From Candidatus Limnocylindrales bacterium (lineage in GTDB: Bacteria > Chloroflexota > Limnocylindria > Limnocylindrales > CSP1-4): a stretch of DNA of 64,000 nt. Under the pieces are notes generated by a model. The model had not been told where the DNA came from. It did no database searches and worked only from the letters and a program-made list of their open reading frames with translations. A program made the position numbers and the translations under genes. The stretch spans positions 453 to 64,452 of the forward strand of contig JBPPMZ010000125.1 of the NCBI GenBank assembly GCA_051306295.1. Direction: 5' to 3'. Shown here piece after piece: positions 18,574 through 28,420 of this stretch. How positions within the stretch are numbered: position 1 is the stretch's first letter; each line of letters begins with the position of its first letter.

Positions 18574-20226
18574 TCACCAGGGCAACATACCCGGTGGGCC
18601 GCCGAAGACCTGGCTCATCACGATCTTGCCGTCGCCTGCTGGGTCCAGGAAGTTGGGCTGGCTCTTGTCCAGGATGATGTGCGGCCGGATGCGGACCTGG
18701 GCCAGGGTCCCGCCGCGGAACGTCAGCTCCAGCGTCACGCCCTCCATCGTCGGCTCCGACCAGGTCTGATCGAACACGAAGTTGCCCAGGGCGTACCAGA
18801 TCGGCTTGCCCTCGTAGACCTCCATGGCCGCCGCCCAGTGCGCGTGGTTGCCGATGATCATGTCCGCCCCGGCATCGATGATCTGGTGGGCCAGCGCCTG
18901 CTGCGCGGCGAACGGTCCGTCGCGGTACTCCGTCCCCCAGTGCGGGAAGATGATGACCACGTCCGCGCCGGCCTCGCGCGCCTTCCGGATGTCGACCGCG
19001 ACACGCTTCGCCGAGAGCGGCGCAGACCCGGCCGTGTCGGCATCGGCGAAGTAGTACTTGGCGATGCGGTCGTAGGCAAGGATCGCGACGGTCGTGCCAT
19101 GCACATCCAGCATCGCGGGCCGCCGCGCGGCCGCCTCGTTCTCGCCGGCACCGGAGTACGCGAGGCCGCGCTTCTCCAGGTTGCGGATGGTCTGGGCGAT
19201 GCCCGCCCGACCGGCATCGCCGATGTGGTTGTTGGCGAGGCCCACGTAGTCGATGCCGGCGGTGACCAGGCCGTCGATGATCCCGGGGTCGGCGGAGAAC
19301 ACGGTGCCCTTGGTGTGCCAGCGGACCTTGTTGGGCGCCGGGTTCTCGAAGTTGGCGATGGCCAGGTCCGCGCCGCCGATCAGCTCGCGCATGGCGCCGG
19401 CATTGCCGGTCCGCTTGGTGCGCGGCAGCTCCCAGCCGAAGGACGAGCAGCAGTACCGGCTGGTGATCTCCGCGGTCCCACCGTCGAACGGGAAGTCCAC
19501 GCCCTTGTCCTTGACCCGGATGGTCTCGTACACGCCGCGGTCCAGCAGGATGTCGCCGCCGGCGAACAGGGTCCAGGTCGCGCCGGCGTCGAACGCCTGG
19601 CCGGCGGGCGCCGTGGGCAACATGGCCGTCAGGCGCCACTCGGCGAGGTCCGTCAGCCGGCCGACGCCGAACAGCGTCCGCGACCCCCAGGCCAGGGCCC
19701 GAACCGCCGGGGTGACCGCATCGGCACGCAGGAAAGCAAGCCGCTTGCGATGCTTGGCGAGATCCCTGGTGAGGGCGCCTGGGGTGTCGGCCAGGATCAG
19801 ACGCGACGGATCGGCCGGCCGGTCCTGCCCGAGGGCCGCGAGGATGGCGTCCGCTTCCTCAGCGACGAGCTCCAGCGCCTCGTAGCGCTTGCTCGTGCCG
19901 GCCAGGACGTCCGCGACCTCCTCGCTGACGGTCGTGGTCCGCGTCGAGCGGAAGTGTGTCACGGGCACGACCGCGACCTCGGCATGCGGTGTGTCCGTGG
20001 GGCCAGGTGCGGGCGTCTCCGGCTGTGCCGTCGATCCGGCCGTCGATCCGGCCGTCGGCGCGGGAGGCGTCAGCGACGCGCCTGGGAGAAGGCTGGCGGT
20101 CGGTGCCGCGGCGACCCCGGTCGGTCGTGCGCTGGGTGTCGAACCGCCGTCAAAGACGCCGGAGACGGTCGCCATGACCGATACCGCGAGGAGCGCCGCG
20201 ACGACCAGGACCGGAGACCGTTTCAC
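18574..20226 (-). CDS. CapA-family (poly-gamma-glutamate capsule synthesis / metallophosphatase-like) secreted protein
   Basis: ANNHIGDAG, FPHWGTEY and GNHAHW motifs. GTG 20226 gives an N-terminal signal/anchor (VKRSPVLVVAALLAVSVMA). Track ORF codons above 20313 overlap tRNA-Asp, so they are excluded. Confidence 0.75.
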   Translation of the reverse strand: MKRSPVLVVAALLAVSVMATVSGVFDGGSTPSARPTGVAAAPTASLLPGASLTPPAPTAGSTAGSTAQPETPAPGPTDTPHAEVAVVPVTHFRSTRTTTVSEEVADVLAGTSKRYEALELVAEEADAILAALGQDRPADPSRLILADTPGALTRDLAKHRKRLAFLRADAVTPAVRALAWGSRTLFGVGRLTDLAEWRLTAMLPTAPAGQAFDAGATWTLFAGGDILLDRGVYETIRVKDKGVDFPFDGGTAEITSRYCCSSFGWELPRTKRTGNAGAMRELIGGADLAIANFENPAPNKVRWHTKGTVFSADPGIIDGLVTAGIDYVGLANNHIGDAGRAGIAQTIRNLEKRGLAYSGAGENEAAARRPAMLDVHGTTVAILAYDRIAKYYFADADTAGSAPLSAKRVAVDIRKAREAGADVVIIFPHWGTEYRDGPFAAQQALAHQIIDAGADMIIGNHAHWAAAMEVYEGKPIWYALGNFVFDQTWSEPTMEGVTLELTFRGGTLAQVRIRPHIILDKSQPNFLDPAGDGKIVMSQVFGGPPGMLPW

Positions 20227-20312
20227 CGACGCGATGCTACCCGACCGACCGCCCGTGGCATGAAGAACGCCCCGTCCGGGCGGGCGGACGGGGCGTAGGA
20301 AGATGCGAGGAA

Positions 20313-20389
20313 TGGCGGACCCGACCGGATTCGAACCGGCGATCTCCAGCGTGACAGGCTGGCATGTTGGGCCGCTACACCACGGGTCC
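20313..20389 (-). tRNA. tRNA-Asp (anticodon GUC), CCA encoded
   Basis: Hand-folded cloverleaf: acceptor GGACCCG/CGGGTCC, anticodon stem CCAGC/GCTGG with loop CUGUCAC, T-loop GGTTCGAATCC, and 3' GCCA. Confidence 0.95.
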
Positions 20390-20507
20390 AGTTGCGGCGA
20401 GGCCGGACTATAGCAGGTGCGACCCGGGTTGTCGCACATCGGCTAGCCTTGGAGACTGAGGGCTCCGAGCCCCGACCGTGCCCTGCCATCGACCCGACGA
20501 GGACCGC

Positions 20508-21809
20508 ATGACTCCCGACTCGCGCATCGCAGTGATCGGCCTCGGCTACGTGGGTCTGCCGCTCGCGGTGGCCTTCGCGGAGGCCGGACTCCAGGTCCAG
20601 GGTGTGGACGTATCGGAGGCTCGCATCACCGAGCTGGCGGATGGTCGATCGCCCATCGATGACATCTCCGACGAGCGGCTGCGATCGGTCCTCGACCGCT
20701 CGCTCACCGTGGCGACCACGGCCGACGCCGATATCGCGGCCGCCGACGCGATCTTCGTGTGCGTCCCGACGCCGATCAATGCCACCAAGGACCCCGACCT
20801 CGGCCCGGTGCTTGGCGCGGCCGCCTACCTGGCGGCCCGGGTCCGCCCCGGACAGTTGGTCGTCCTCCAATCCACGACGTTCCCAGGGACCACGTCCGGA
20901 CCGTTCCGGTCGGCGCTCGAGGAAAGCGGCCTCAGGGCCGGGCAGGACTTCGACCTGGCGTATGCCCCCGAACGGGTCAACCCAGGCGACCCGGCCAGTT
21001 CGTCGCGCGCGGTGCCGCGACTCGTCGGTGGCTTGACACCGGCCGCGACGGAACGGGCCGCGACCCTGCTCCAGCAGATCAACGACCGCGTCGTGACGAT
21101 GTCGTCACCGGACGCGGCCGAACTGTCCAAGCTGCTCGAGAACGTCTTTCGCAACGTGAACATCGCATTCGTCAACCAACTCGCCCTGCTCTGCGAGCGC
21201 ATGGATCTCGACGTCTGGGAGGTCATCGACGGAGCGGCGACCAAGCCGTTCGGGTTCATGCGCTTCACGCCCGGGCCGGGAGTCGGCGGCCACTGCATCC
21301 CGGTCGATCCGTACTACCTGTCGTGGCGCGCCCGCAGCTTCGATTTCATCGATCGCTTCATCGAGCTCGCTGGCGACATCAACCTCGCGATGCCCCGTCA
21401 CGTCGTCGAACTCGTCGCCGAGGCGCTCAACGATCGCGCTCAGGCGCTGCGTGGAGCGAAGGTCGGCATCATCGGGGTGGCGTTCAAGCCCGATGTCCGG
21501 GACGACCGTAACTCGCCCGCGGCGGACGTCATCGCGGGACTGGCCGAGCGCGGCGCGGACGTCCGTTTCCATGACCCGCACGTGGCTCGGTTCACCGACG
21601 CGGCGGGCGTCGCGCGCGAAAGCGTCGATCTCGAGGCGCTCATCGATTGGGCCGATGTGATCGTCGTCGTCACCGCCCATCGGTCGATCGACTGGCCGCA
21701 CGTGTACGCGACCGCGGACCTCGTGGTCGATACCGTCAACAGCTCGGCCGGTCAGGCAGCGCAGGCCCGTCAGGTCCTCCGACTCGGGGCGGGGTGGAGC
21801 CACGCATGA
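20508..21809 (+). CDS. Nucleotide-sugar dehydrogenase (UDP-glucose/GDP-mannose dehydrogenase family)
   Basis: IAVIGLGYVGLPLAVAF Rossmann motif. Catalytic GGHCIPVDPYYL. Confidence 0.85.
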   Translation: MTPDSRIAVIGLGYVGLPLAVAFAEAGLQVQGVDVSEARITELADGRSPIDDISDERLRSVLDRSLTVATTADADIAAADAIFVCVPTPINATKDPDLGPVLGAAAYLAARVRPGQLVVLQSTTFPGTTSGPFRSALEESGLRAGQDFDLAYAPERVNPGDPASSSRAVPRLVGGLTPAATERAATLLQQINDRVVTMSSPDAAELSKLLENVFRNVNIAFVNQLALLCERMDLDVWEVIDGAATKPFGFMRFTPGPGVGGHCIPVDPYYLSWRARSFDFIDRFIELAGDINLAMPRHVVELVAEALNDRAQALRGAKVGIIGVAFKPDVRDDRNSPAADVIAGLAERGADVRFHDPHVARFTDAAGVARESVDLEALIDWADVIVVVTAHRSIDWPHVYATADLVVDTVNSSAGQAAQARQVLRLGAGWSHA

Positions 21810-24800
21810 CCGCGGCCGATGACGGGCTGCCTCCTGACGAGGCGCGCAGGACGAGCGAGGAGGAAGCGCGACGCCGGACGGCCGCGGAGATCTCGCTGCG
21901 AGCCGAGCGGATCCGCATCCTGTCGGAAGAGCTTCGACTAGCGAAGCGCGAGGCGGAGACCGTCAAGCGCGAGCTGGCGACCCTCCGTCGACGCCGCGCC
22001 GTTCGCGTCGCGCTGGCCGTCGCCGAACAGGCGCGCCCGGCGGCCGTCGTAGCCCGGCGGCTGCGGTCCACCATGCGCGACATCCTGGCGCAGGTCCCAG
22101 GAGCCTCGGGGTCAGAGCGAAAGCCGCGCAAGCGGATCCGGGTCACTGCCGCCGAGGACGCCGACTTCCGCGCGCGACTGGATGCGGCGCTGCTGCCCAG
22201 CGCGACCACGGCCGGACCGCTCGTGTCGGCGATCGTGGTCAATCGCGACGGGATCGAGCATCTTCGGCGGTTGCTCCCATCCCTGGCCTCCATCGCGTAT
22301 CGGGAGATCGAGGTCGTGCTGGTCGACAACGGCTCCACCGACGCAAGCGTTGCGTTTGCCACCAGCCTGCGGCTCCCCTACCCGCTGCGCGTCGTCCGCA
22401 ATCCGGACAATCGGTCGTTCTCCGAAGCCAACAACCAGGGCGCAGCGGCCGCAGGCGGTGATCTCTTCCTGCTCATCAACAACGATGTCGCGCCGGCCGG
22501 TCCGCACGTCCTTGGCCACATGGTCGAGCGGCTGCTGCTCGACGAGTCGGTCGCCGCCGTCGCGAGCCGCCTCATCTATCCGCGTCGAAAGGGTCCGCAG
22601 ACCGGCCCATCCACCGCCCACGCCGATCTGAGCCTGCAGCATCGGGGCATCACGTTCGCCACGATGGATGGGTCGCCGCTGGGCCGCAACCTGGGCTCCG
22701 GGGAGGACCCACTCGGCGAGGCCGCCAACACGCGCCGGGATGTCCAGGCCGGGACGGCGGCCTGTCTCCTGGTCCGTCGCACCGCATTCGCCGCGGTCGG
22801 CGGCTTCACGCTGGGCTATGACTACGGCACAGAGGACGTCGACTTCAGCCTGAAGATCCGGGCGACGGGCGGACGGATCGTCTATGAGCCACAGGCCACC
22901 TTCTGGCATCACGAGTCGGCGACGCAGCACCTGGAGGAGCGTGGGGCGCGCGGCATCCGACAGCGCGCCAATCGCGAGCTGTTCGCCGACCTGTGGGGTC
23001 CGCGCATCTTCCGAGAGGTCTTCCTGGACCGCGTCGGCGATGCCGACGGTCCCGCTGGTGCGTGGTCCGAAAGCCCGCTGCATATCGGGATCACCCTGAC
23101 GCGAGACGACCCGAGGGCCGGCTGGGGGGACTACTACACGGCCCACGAACTTGGCGACGCCCTGGCCGGACTCGGCTGGCAGATCAGCTACCTCGAGCGC
23201 TGGCGCGACGCCTGGTACGACCCGGACCCGACCATCGACGTCGTCGTGTCGCTGCTCGACGCCTTCGATGTCCGACGCCTGCCGGAGGGCGTCGTGAGCA
23301 TCGCCTGGGTCCGCAACTGGACGGACCGCTGGCTCGGCCATCCGTGGTTCGATGAGCACGACATCGTCCTGGCCTCCAGCGCCCGCTCGAAAGCGCTCAT
23401 CGACGCCCGCAGCGCGCACGTCGCCCGCCTGTTCCCGCTCGCGACCAACCCCGAGCGCTTCCGCAAGCCCGAGTCGCAAGGCGAACCGACCACGGATGTC
23501 GTCTTTGCCGGCAACCACTGGGGCCAGGACCGGGGGATCCACGAGATCGTGCCGCGCCTGCTCTCGGCCGACCACTCGGTCGCCGTCTACGGCAAGGGCT
23601 GGGAAGGGGTCCCGGGCGTCGCCGCCGTGGCGCGCGGATCGCTTCCCTACGACGACCTGCCGGCGACCTACGCCGGGGCAGCGATCGTGCTGGACGACAC
23701 GGCCACGCCGACCCTGCCGTACGGTGCCGTGAACTCGCGCGTGTTCGATGCCCTGGCGGTCGGCACGCTGGTCGTCACCGACAACGGCGCCGGGGCCATG
23801 GAGCTGTTCGGCGACCGCCTGCCCGCCGCGGACGACGCCGCTGGTCTTGCCGCGCTCGTCGAGACCTACCTGGCCGATCCCGAGGCCCGCCGGGCGCGGG
23901 CCGATGAGCTTCGGGCCATCGTGCTCGAACGTCACACCTACGCCCATCGGGCACGCGAGTTGCGATCGATCCTGCGCGACTGGGCCGACACTCGGCACAT
24001 CGACATCGCGATCGGCCCGCCCACCTGGGAGGTCGCGACGAGGTGGGGCGACTATCACTTCGGCCGGGCTGTGCAGCGCGCGCTGCAGCGACGCGGCTAT
24101 CCGACCCGCATCCGCCTGCGAGCGGCCTGGGACGGCCCGACCGCGACCCGGGCCGACGTCGCGATCCACATCTTCGGTCTGGCCCCCCGACGCGTCCGGA
24201 GCGGCCAGCTCTCGGCCGTCTGGATCATCAGCCACCCGGAACTGGTCACCCTGGACATGGTCCACGACCACGACCTGGTCTTCGCCGCGTCGGACGTCTT
24301 CGCGGCCGACCTCGAGGCGCGCACCGGGCGGTCGATCATCCCGCTCCACCAGGCCACCGATGCGGCGCGGTTCCGGCCGATCCCAGGCGGCCCTGCCCAC
24401 GAGCTCCTGTTCGTGGCCAATTCGCGCGGCGTCCGTCGCCGCATCGTCGACGAACTCACGCCGACGGATCGTGACCTGGCCGTCTATGGTCAGAGCTGGA
24501 CCCCGGAGCTCCTGGACGGTCGCTACCTGCGCGGCGAGCACGTGCTCAACGACGAGCTCGCGGCGTACTACTCGGCGGCGCAGATCGTCCTCAACGACCA
24601 CTGGGCGGACATGGCCGCCCACGGCTTCCTGTCAAACCGGCTGTACGACGCGACGGCCTCCGGGGCGTTCGTGATCTCCGACCACGTGCCGGGCATCGAG
24701 GACGAATTCGACGGCGGGATCGTGGCCTTCACCGACGGGGAGCACCTGCGCTCGCTCGTCGACCACTACCTCGGGGCACCCGATGAGCGTGGCGAACACG

Positions 24801-24997
24801 CCCGCCGAGCCGCCGCGGCCGTCGCGTCTCGCCACACCTTCGACCACCGGATCGACGAGCTGCTGCGGGTCATCGAGCCGGCCCTCGGGTTGCAGCCCGC
24901 GCGAATCGTGGCCGCCGAGCCGGCCCCGGGCGAACAGGGGGCTGACCGGATCGCGTCCGGGCCTGGCGAGCCCTCAGGCGATGCCGATGACGCGTAG
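21806..24997 (+). CDS. Multidomain glycosyltransferase, 1063 aa (coiled-coil + GT2 + two CgeB/GT1-like C-terminal modules)
   Basis: ATG 21806 overlaps the upstream stop (ATGA). Heptad-like N-terminus (EEEARRRTAAEISLRAERIRILSEELRLAKREAETVKREL). GT2 core (VSAIVVNRDG...VVLVDNGSTD...LLINNDV). Two repeats resembling the CgeB/DUF3880 family (VFDALAVGTLVV... and LYDATASGAFVISDH...). Confidence 0.8.
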   Translation: MTAADDGLPPDEARRTSEEEARRRTAAEISLRAERIRILSEELRLAKREAETVKRELATLRRRRAVRVALAVAEQARPAAVVARRLRSTMRDILAQVPGASGSERKPRKRIRVTAAEDADFRARLDAALLPSATTAGPLVSAIVVNRDGIEHLRRLLPSLASIAYREIEVVLVDNGSTDASVAFATSLRLPYPLRVVRNPDNRSFSEANNQGAAAAGGDLFLLINNDVAPAGPHVLGHMVERLLLDESVAAVASRLIYPRRKGPQTGPSTAHADLSLQHRGITFATMDGSPLGRNLGSGEDPLGEAANTRRDVQAGTAACLLVRRTAFAAVGGFTLGYDYGTEDVDFSLKIRATGGRIVYEPQATFWHHESATQHLEERGARGIRQRANRELFADLWGPRIFREVFLDRVGDADGPAGAWSESPLHIGITLTRDDPRAGWGDYYTAHELGDALAGLGWQISYLERWRDAWYDPDPTIDVVVSLLDAFDVRRLPEGVVSIAWVRNWTDRWLGHPWFDEHDIVLASSARSKALIDARSAHVARLFPLATNPERFRKPESQGEPTTDVVFAGNHWGQDRGIHEIVPRLLSADHSVAVYGKGWEGVPGVAAVARGSLPYDDLPATYAGAAIVLDDTATPTLPYGAVNSRVFDALAVGTLVVTDNGAGAMELFGDRLPAADDAAGLAALVETYLADPEARRARADELRAIVLERHTYAHRARELRSILRDWADTRHIDIAIGPPTWEVATRWGDYHFGRAVQRALQRRGYPTRIRLRAAWDGPTATRADVAIHIFGLAPRRVRSGQLSAVWIISHPELVTLDMVHDHDLVFAASDVFAADLEARTGRSIIPLHQATDAARFRPIPGGPAHELLFVANSRGVRRRIVDELTPTDRDLAVYGQSWTPELLDGRYLRGEHVLNDELAAYYSAAQIVLNDHWADMAAHGFLSNRLYDATASGAFVISDHVPGIEDEFDGGIVAFTDGEHLRSLVDHYLGAPDERGEHARRAAAAVASRHTFDHRIDELLRVIEPALGLQPARIVAAEPAPGEQGADRIASGPGEPSGDADDA

Positions 24998-26188
24998 CCC
25001 GCGGGCCGTCACCTGGATCCCCGCGATCAACGCGTTCCCGAGCCAGGGCCAGCGCCCGGCGGCCTGACGGGCAAGCTTCAGGGCAGGCGCCAGGCGACGA
25101 CTGCCGATCATCTGCCAGGTGGCGCTCGGATCCGCCGCGGCGACGATGTCGAGGATGCGCCACAGGCTCTGCCTGCCCGCCGGCGACAGGGTCCGCCAGT
25201 GGCGCCAGGTCGGACGGAGGATCGAGCGCAGGACGGTATCGGGCGGCGAGAGTATCCAGGCCGGCATGGCCGCCAGCAGATCGCCGAGCGCCTCCAGCAG
25301 GATCGGGGTCTCCGGGTCGCGACGGTCCAGGGCGGAACGCAGCGCTGCACTGAAGTCCGACCGGATCAGGCGCTCGGCGTAGGCGAGCTTGACGCGCCGA
25401 CGATCGCCCTCATCGGCGATCTGCACGTCGACCTCGTCGGCGACCTCCCGGAAGGCGCGCTGGGCGATGGTGGCCGATGCTGCGGACCGGCTGGCTGAGG
25501 CCCGCGTGGAGGCGGTGATCCCGGTGGCCTGGTCAGGATCCGGCCGCCACCACTCGTAGACATCGTCGGCGATGACCTCGATCCCGTCGCCGGCCCGGAG
25601 CAGGGCCCGGATGGTCGGCGGCTGGTCGCCCAGGACGCGACCCTCGAAGCGCAGGCCATCGAAGGTCGATCGGTGGAACGCCCTGCCCGTCGCCGACATG
25701 TAATACAACAGGCCGGGATGGGTGACGATGGACTTGCGACCCGGCTGACGGATATCGGGGATGTCATACAGCGCCGAGACCCAGGTCCGCCGGCCGTCGG
25801 TCCAGATGCGCTGACCGACCACCGCGCGAACGGCCGGATCGCTGGTCGGACGCATGAGCGCCGCGACGCCACCCGGCAAGAGTCGATCGTCGGCATCGAC
25901 GAACGCGAGCCACTCGCCGCGCGCCTGTTCCAGCCCGACATTCCGAGCCGCGGACGCGCCCTGGTTGGTCGCCAGCACCGTCAGCCGCACGCGCGGGTCA
26001 CGCACCGCATAGGCCGCCACGCGCTCTGCCGTGCCGTCGGTCGACGCGTCGTCGACGACGACGCACTCCAGGGCCACGGCCCGTTCCTCGAGGATGGAAT
26101 CCAGGCAACGCTCGATCGTGCCGACCGACATCCAGCTCGGGATCAGGACGCTGAGGAGCGGGCGCTCGGGCTCGGCTGCGGCGGTCAC
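24974..26188 (-). CDS. GT2-family glycosyltransferase
   Basis: LSVLIPSWMSVGTIERCLDSIL...VVVDDASTDGT...FVDADD motifs. GTG 26188 overlaps the upstream stop. Its 3' end overlaps the convergent giant GT by 24 nt. Confidence 0.85.
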   Translation of the reverse strand: MTAAAEPERPLLSVLIPSWMSVGTIERCLDSILEERAVALECVVVDDASTDGTAERVAAYAVRDPRVRLTVLATNQGASAARNVGLEQARGEWLAFVDADDRLLPGGVAALMRPTSDPAVRAVVGQRIWTDGRRTWVSALYDIPDIRQPGRKSIVTHPGLLYYMSATGRAFHRSTFDGLRFEGRVLGDQPPTIRALLRAGDGIEVIADDVYEWWRPDPDQATGITASTRASASRSAASATIAQRAFREVADEVDVQIADEGDRRRVKLAYAERLIRSDFSAALRSALDRRDPETPILLEALGDLLAAMPAWILSPPDTVLRSILRPTWRHWRTLSPAGRQSLWRILDIVAAADPSATWQMIGSRRLAPALKLARQAAGRWPWLGNALIAGIQVTARGLRVIGIA

Positions 26189-27516
26189 GGCTCGCGCAGG
26201 AGCCGGGCGATCTCGTCGGCGAACGCGAACTGCGGCCCCGAGTCGAGGAATCCAGGGTGGAGCAGGACACCCCGGTCGCCCTCGGTCGGGTCCTCAACGA
26301 ACCGCCGGCAGAGCAGCTCCAGATCGGCGCAGAAGCTGCCAGCCGAGAACGCCGACAGCGACGCGATGTTGGAGTGCCAGCTCGCCAGATCCTTGTGATC
26401 GAACCGATTGGTGAGGACCAGCATCCCGAGCTGGGCCATCTCGAGGGGCGGGTAGCTGGGGTGCGGCGAGGCCATCATCGACACGCCGATGGCCGACGTC
26501 CGCAGGAGATCCCCGTAGGTCGGGAGGTCGAGCTTGCCGAGCGAGCGCATCCACATCCCATCGCCCAGATCGACGTCGGGGTGCGGCTGGCCCGCCGACA
26601 CCACGCTCCAGGAGGCGGCGTCGGGCGTCGACGCACGCCACGCCCTGAGACCGTCGACGATGAAGGGGAACATGTTGCGCGGCTTGCCGGGGCGTCCATA
26701 GACCACGATCCGTCGGGCCCGTGGCTGCGCTTCGTGGCTCAGCCAGGCCCGCAGGGTCGGCGACAGGCGAGGCTCGAAGCTGAACTCCGACGACAGGCGC
26801 AGGCCGGCCGCGTGAAAGTAGTCCTGCAGCAGGGACGTGTGGTACACCGCGATCGTCGACGATGGATCCTCGTACGTCGAGCGGGCCAGCAGGTGCTGGG
26901 CGGACCACGGATAGAAGCCGGGCTCGTAGTCCTGGATGAGGTAGGCGAACCGGCCTGGCGCGACACCGAACGCGTCGGCCTGCAGGCGCCTGATGTCCAT
27001 GACCAACGCGGCCGTCGTCCAGTGGGTGGCGACGAAGACGTCGTGACGTCGGATCGGGATCGCGTCCACCTGGGGCGTGGCGATGGAGATGATCTGCCGA
27101 CCGTCGGATGGGTCGTCGGGTCCGGTGACCAGGGTGTACCCGGTGAGGCGCGCCACGTCGTCGGGGCCGACCGCCTCGACGCTGATGATGCGGCGATGCT
27201 CCGCCGCTGAGACCACCGCCTCGAACAGGTCGAGCGCGGTCTGGATCCCGGCGAAGGTCGAGGCCTGGGCCACGGCCGGCACGATGAGGTTGACCCGATG
27301 ACCCGGCGCATCGCTGGCCCTGATCGATGCCCGGATCAGCTCGCGGACACCCTCGACCGGCGCGATCGGACGCGGCGCAGGGGCCACGGTTGGCGACGGC
27401 TTGGCGGCGCGCTTCCTGGCCTTGGGCGGCGGACCCAGGACGAAGCCTCGGAGGCCGCGCACGAGCGCGACCAGCCTCCCGGAGCGTCGAGCCGCGGAGC
27501 GCAGTCGACGGATCAT
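26185..27516 (-). CDS. Putative glycosyltransferase (WsaF-like rhamnosyltransferase family, tentative)
   Basis: The N-terminal pattern RVNLIVPAVAQASTFAGIQTALDLFE resembles WsaF-type GTs from memory. Lies in an operon with GT2 and a methyltransferase. Confidence 0.5.
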   Translation of the reverse strand: MIRRLRSAARRSGRLVALVRGLRGFVLGPPPKARKRAAKPSPTVAPAPRPIAPVEGVRELIRASIRASDAPGHRVNLIVPAVAQASTFAGIQTALDLFEAVVSAAEHRRIISVEAVGPDDVARLTGYTLVTGPDDPSDGRQIISIATPQVDAIPIRRHDVFVATHWTTAALVMDIRRLQADAFGVAPGRFAYLIQDYEPGFYPWSAQHLLARSTYEDPSSTIAVYHTSLLQDYFHAAGLRLSSEFSFEPRLSPTLRAWLSHEAQPRARRIVVYGRPGKPRNMFPFIVDGLRAWRASTPDAASWSVVSAGQPHPDVDLGDGMWMRSLGKLDLPTYGDLLRTSAIGVSMMASPHPSYPPLEMAQLGMLVLTNRFDHKDLASWHSNIASLSAFSAGSFCADLELLCRRFVEDPTEGDRGVLLHPGFLDSGPQFAFADEIARLLREP

Positions 27517-27541
27517 GGACGTGGCCGATCGATGATGGACG

Positions 27542-28294
27542 TCAGCGGACTCGTCGCAGGAACCCGCGCGGGTTCATGGTCAACATGAACCGCTCGCGAT
27601 CGCGATCGGAGATGAAGTCCTCGTTCGAGCTGACGAAGGCGAGCAACGCGGCCATCGGGCCCGGATCGTCGTCCTGCCAAACGGGATTGCCGCCGATGTT
27701 CGCGTCATCGACGATCAGGTACCCGCCCACGTGGACGAACTCCGGATAGATCGCCAACTCGTTGGCCACGTGCGCTGCCGAGTGATCCGAGTCCAGGATG
27801 ACCATGGTCCGTTTGCCCGCCGCCGCGCGCCGCACTTCGGCCACGATCGCGGGGTCGGTCGAGGAACCGGCCAGGTAGCGGATCCGCGGGTGCTCGGGTC
27901 GCTGGGGCGCCGTGTCGGTGTCGATCGTGATCACCTGCCCATCGCCCCCGACGAGGTCGAACAGCGATGCAAGGAAGAGGGCGCCGCCGCCGTAACGCGT
28001 CCCGCATTCGATGATCAGTTGGGGGCGCGTCTCGGTGAAGATCTCCTGGTACGTCCACAGGTCGAACGGACACTTGAGCATCGGCCATCCCAGCCAGGAC
28101 AGGACCACCGTCCGCCGTTGCTCGATGCGCTGCTCGTAGTACAGCTTGTGGAAGTCGTCGACGATCGCCTGCTGTTCCGGCTCGAGCGGGGCAAAGCCCG
28201 TCGGGGCCCGGAACGTGCCGCGCTTGATCGCGCGCGTCGGCTCGCCGCGGAGGGCACGCAGGGCCCTGCGCAGCCGGCGGAAGTAGCGATGCAT
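27542..28294 (-). CDS. CmcI/cephalosporin-hydroxylase-family SAM-dependent methyltransferase (sugar O-methyltransferase-like)
   Basis: ATG 28294 with [25 protein letters not shown]...VITIDTD...VILDSDHS is typical of the CmcI family. Confidence 0.75.
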   Translation of the reverse strand: MHRYFRRLRRALRALRGEPTRAIKRGTFRAPTGFAPLEPEQQAIVDDFHKLYYEQRIEQRRTVVLSWLGWPMLKCPFDLWTYQEIFTETRPQLIIECGTRYGGGALFLASLFDLVGGDGQVITIDTDTAPQRPEHPRIRYLAGSSTDPAIVAEVRRAAAGKRTMVILDSDHSAAHVANELAIYPEFVHVGGYLIVDDANIGGNPVWQDDDPGPMAALLAFVSSNEDFISDRDRERFMLTMNPRGFLRRVR

Positions 28295-28420
28295 CGAGCC
28301 TCCGGTATGGGTCGTTCGTCGGCAGTATAGGTCGCCCTGACCGGTCGCCCGGCCCCCCGCGCATCCCGGGCTGTGCCTCGTCGGCTGCATCCCACGTCGC
28401 TCGACCTATACTCCCGAGCC

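Noticed and set aside
20407-20412. TATAGT (minus strand) 18 nt upstream of tRNA-Asp as a -10 box, plus nearby hairpin GTGCGAC-ccgggtt-GTCGCAC
   Set aside because: It is plausible but rests on a single hexamer without a convincing -35 element, which is too weak to list as a feature.
22112-24622. 836-aa minus-strand ORF opposite the giant glycosyltransferase
   Set aside because: Same antisense artefact: no motifs and an extreme Arg/Asp/Gly/Val bias. The plus strand carries recognisable GT2 and CgeB-like modules.
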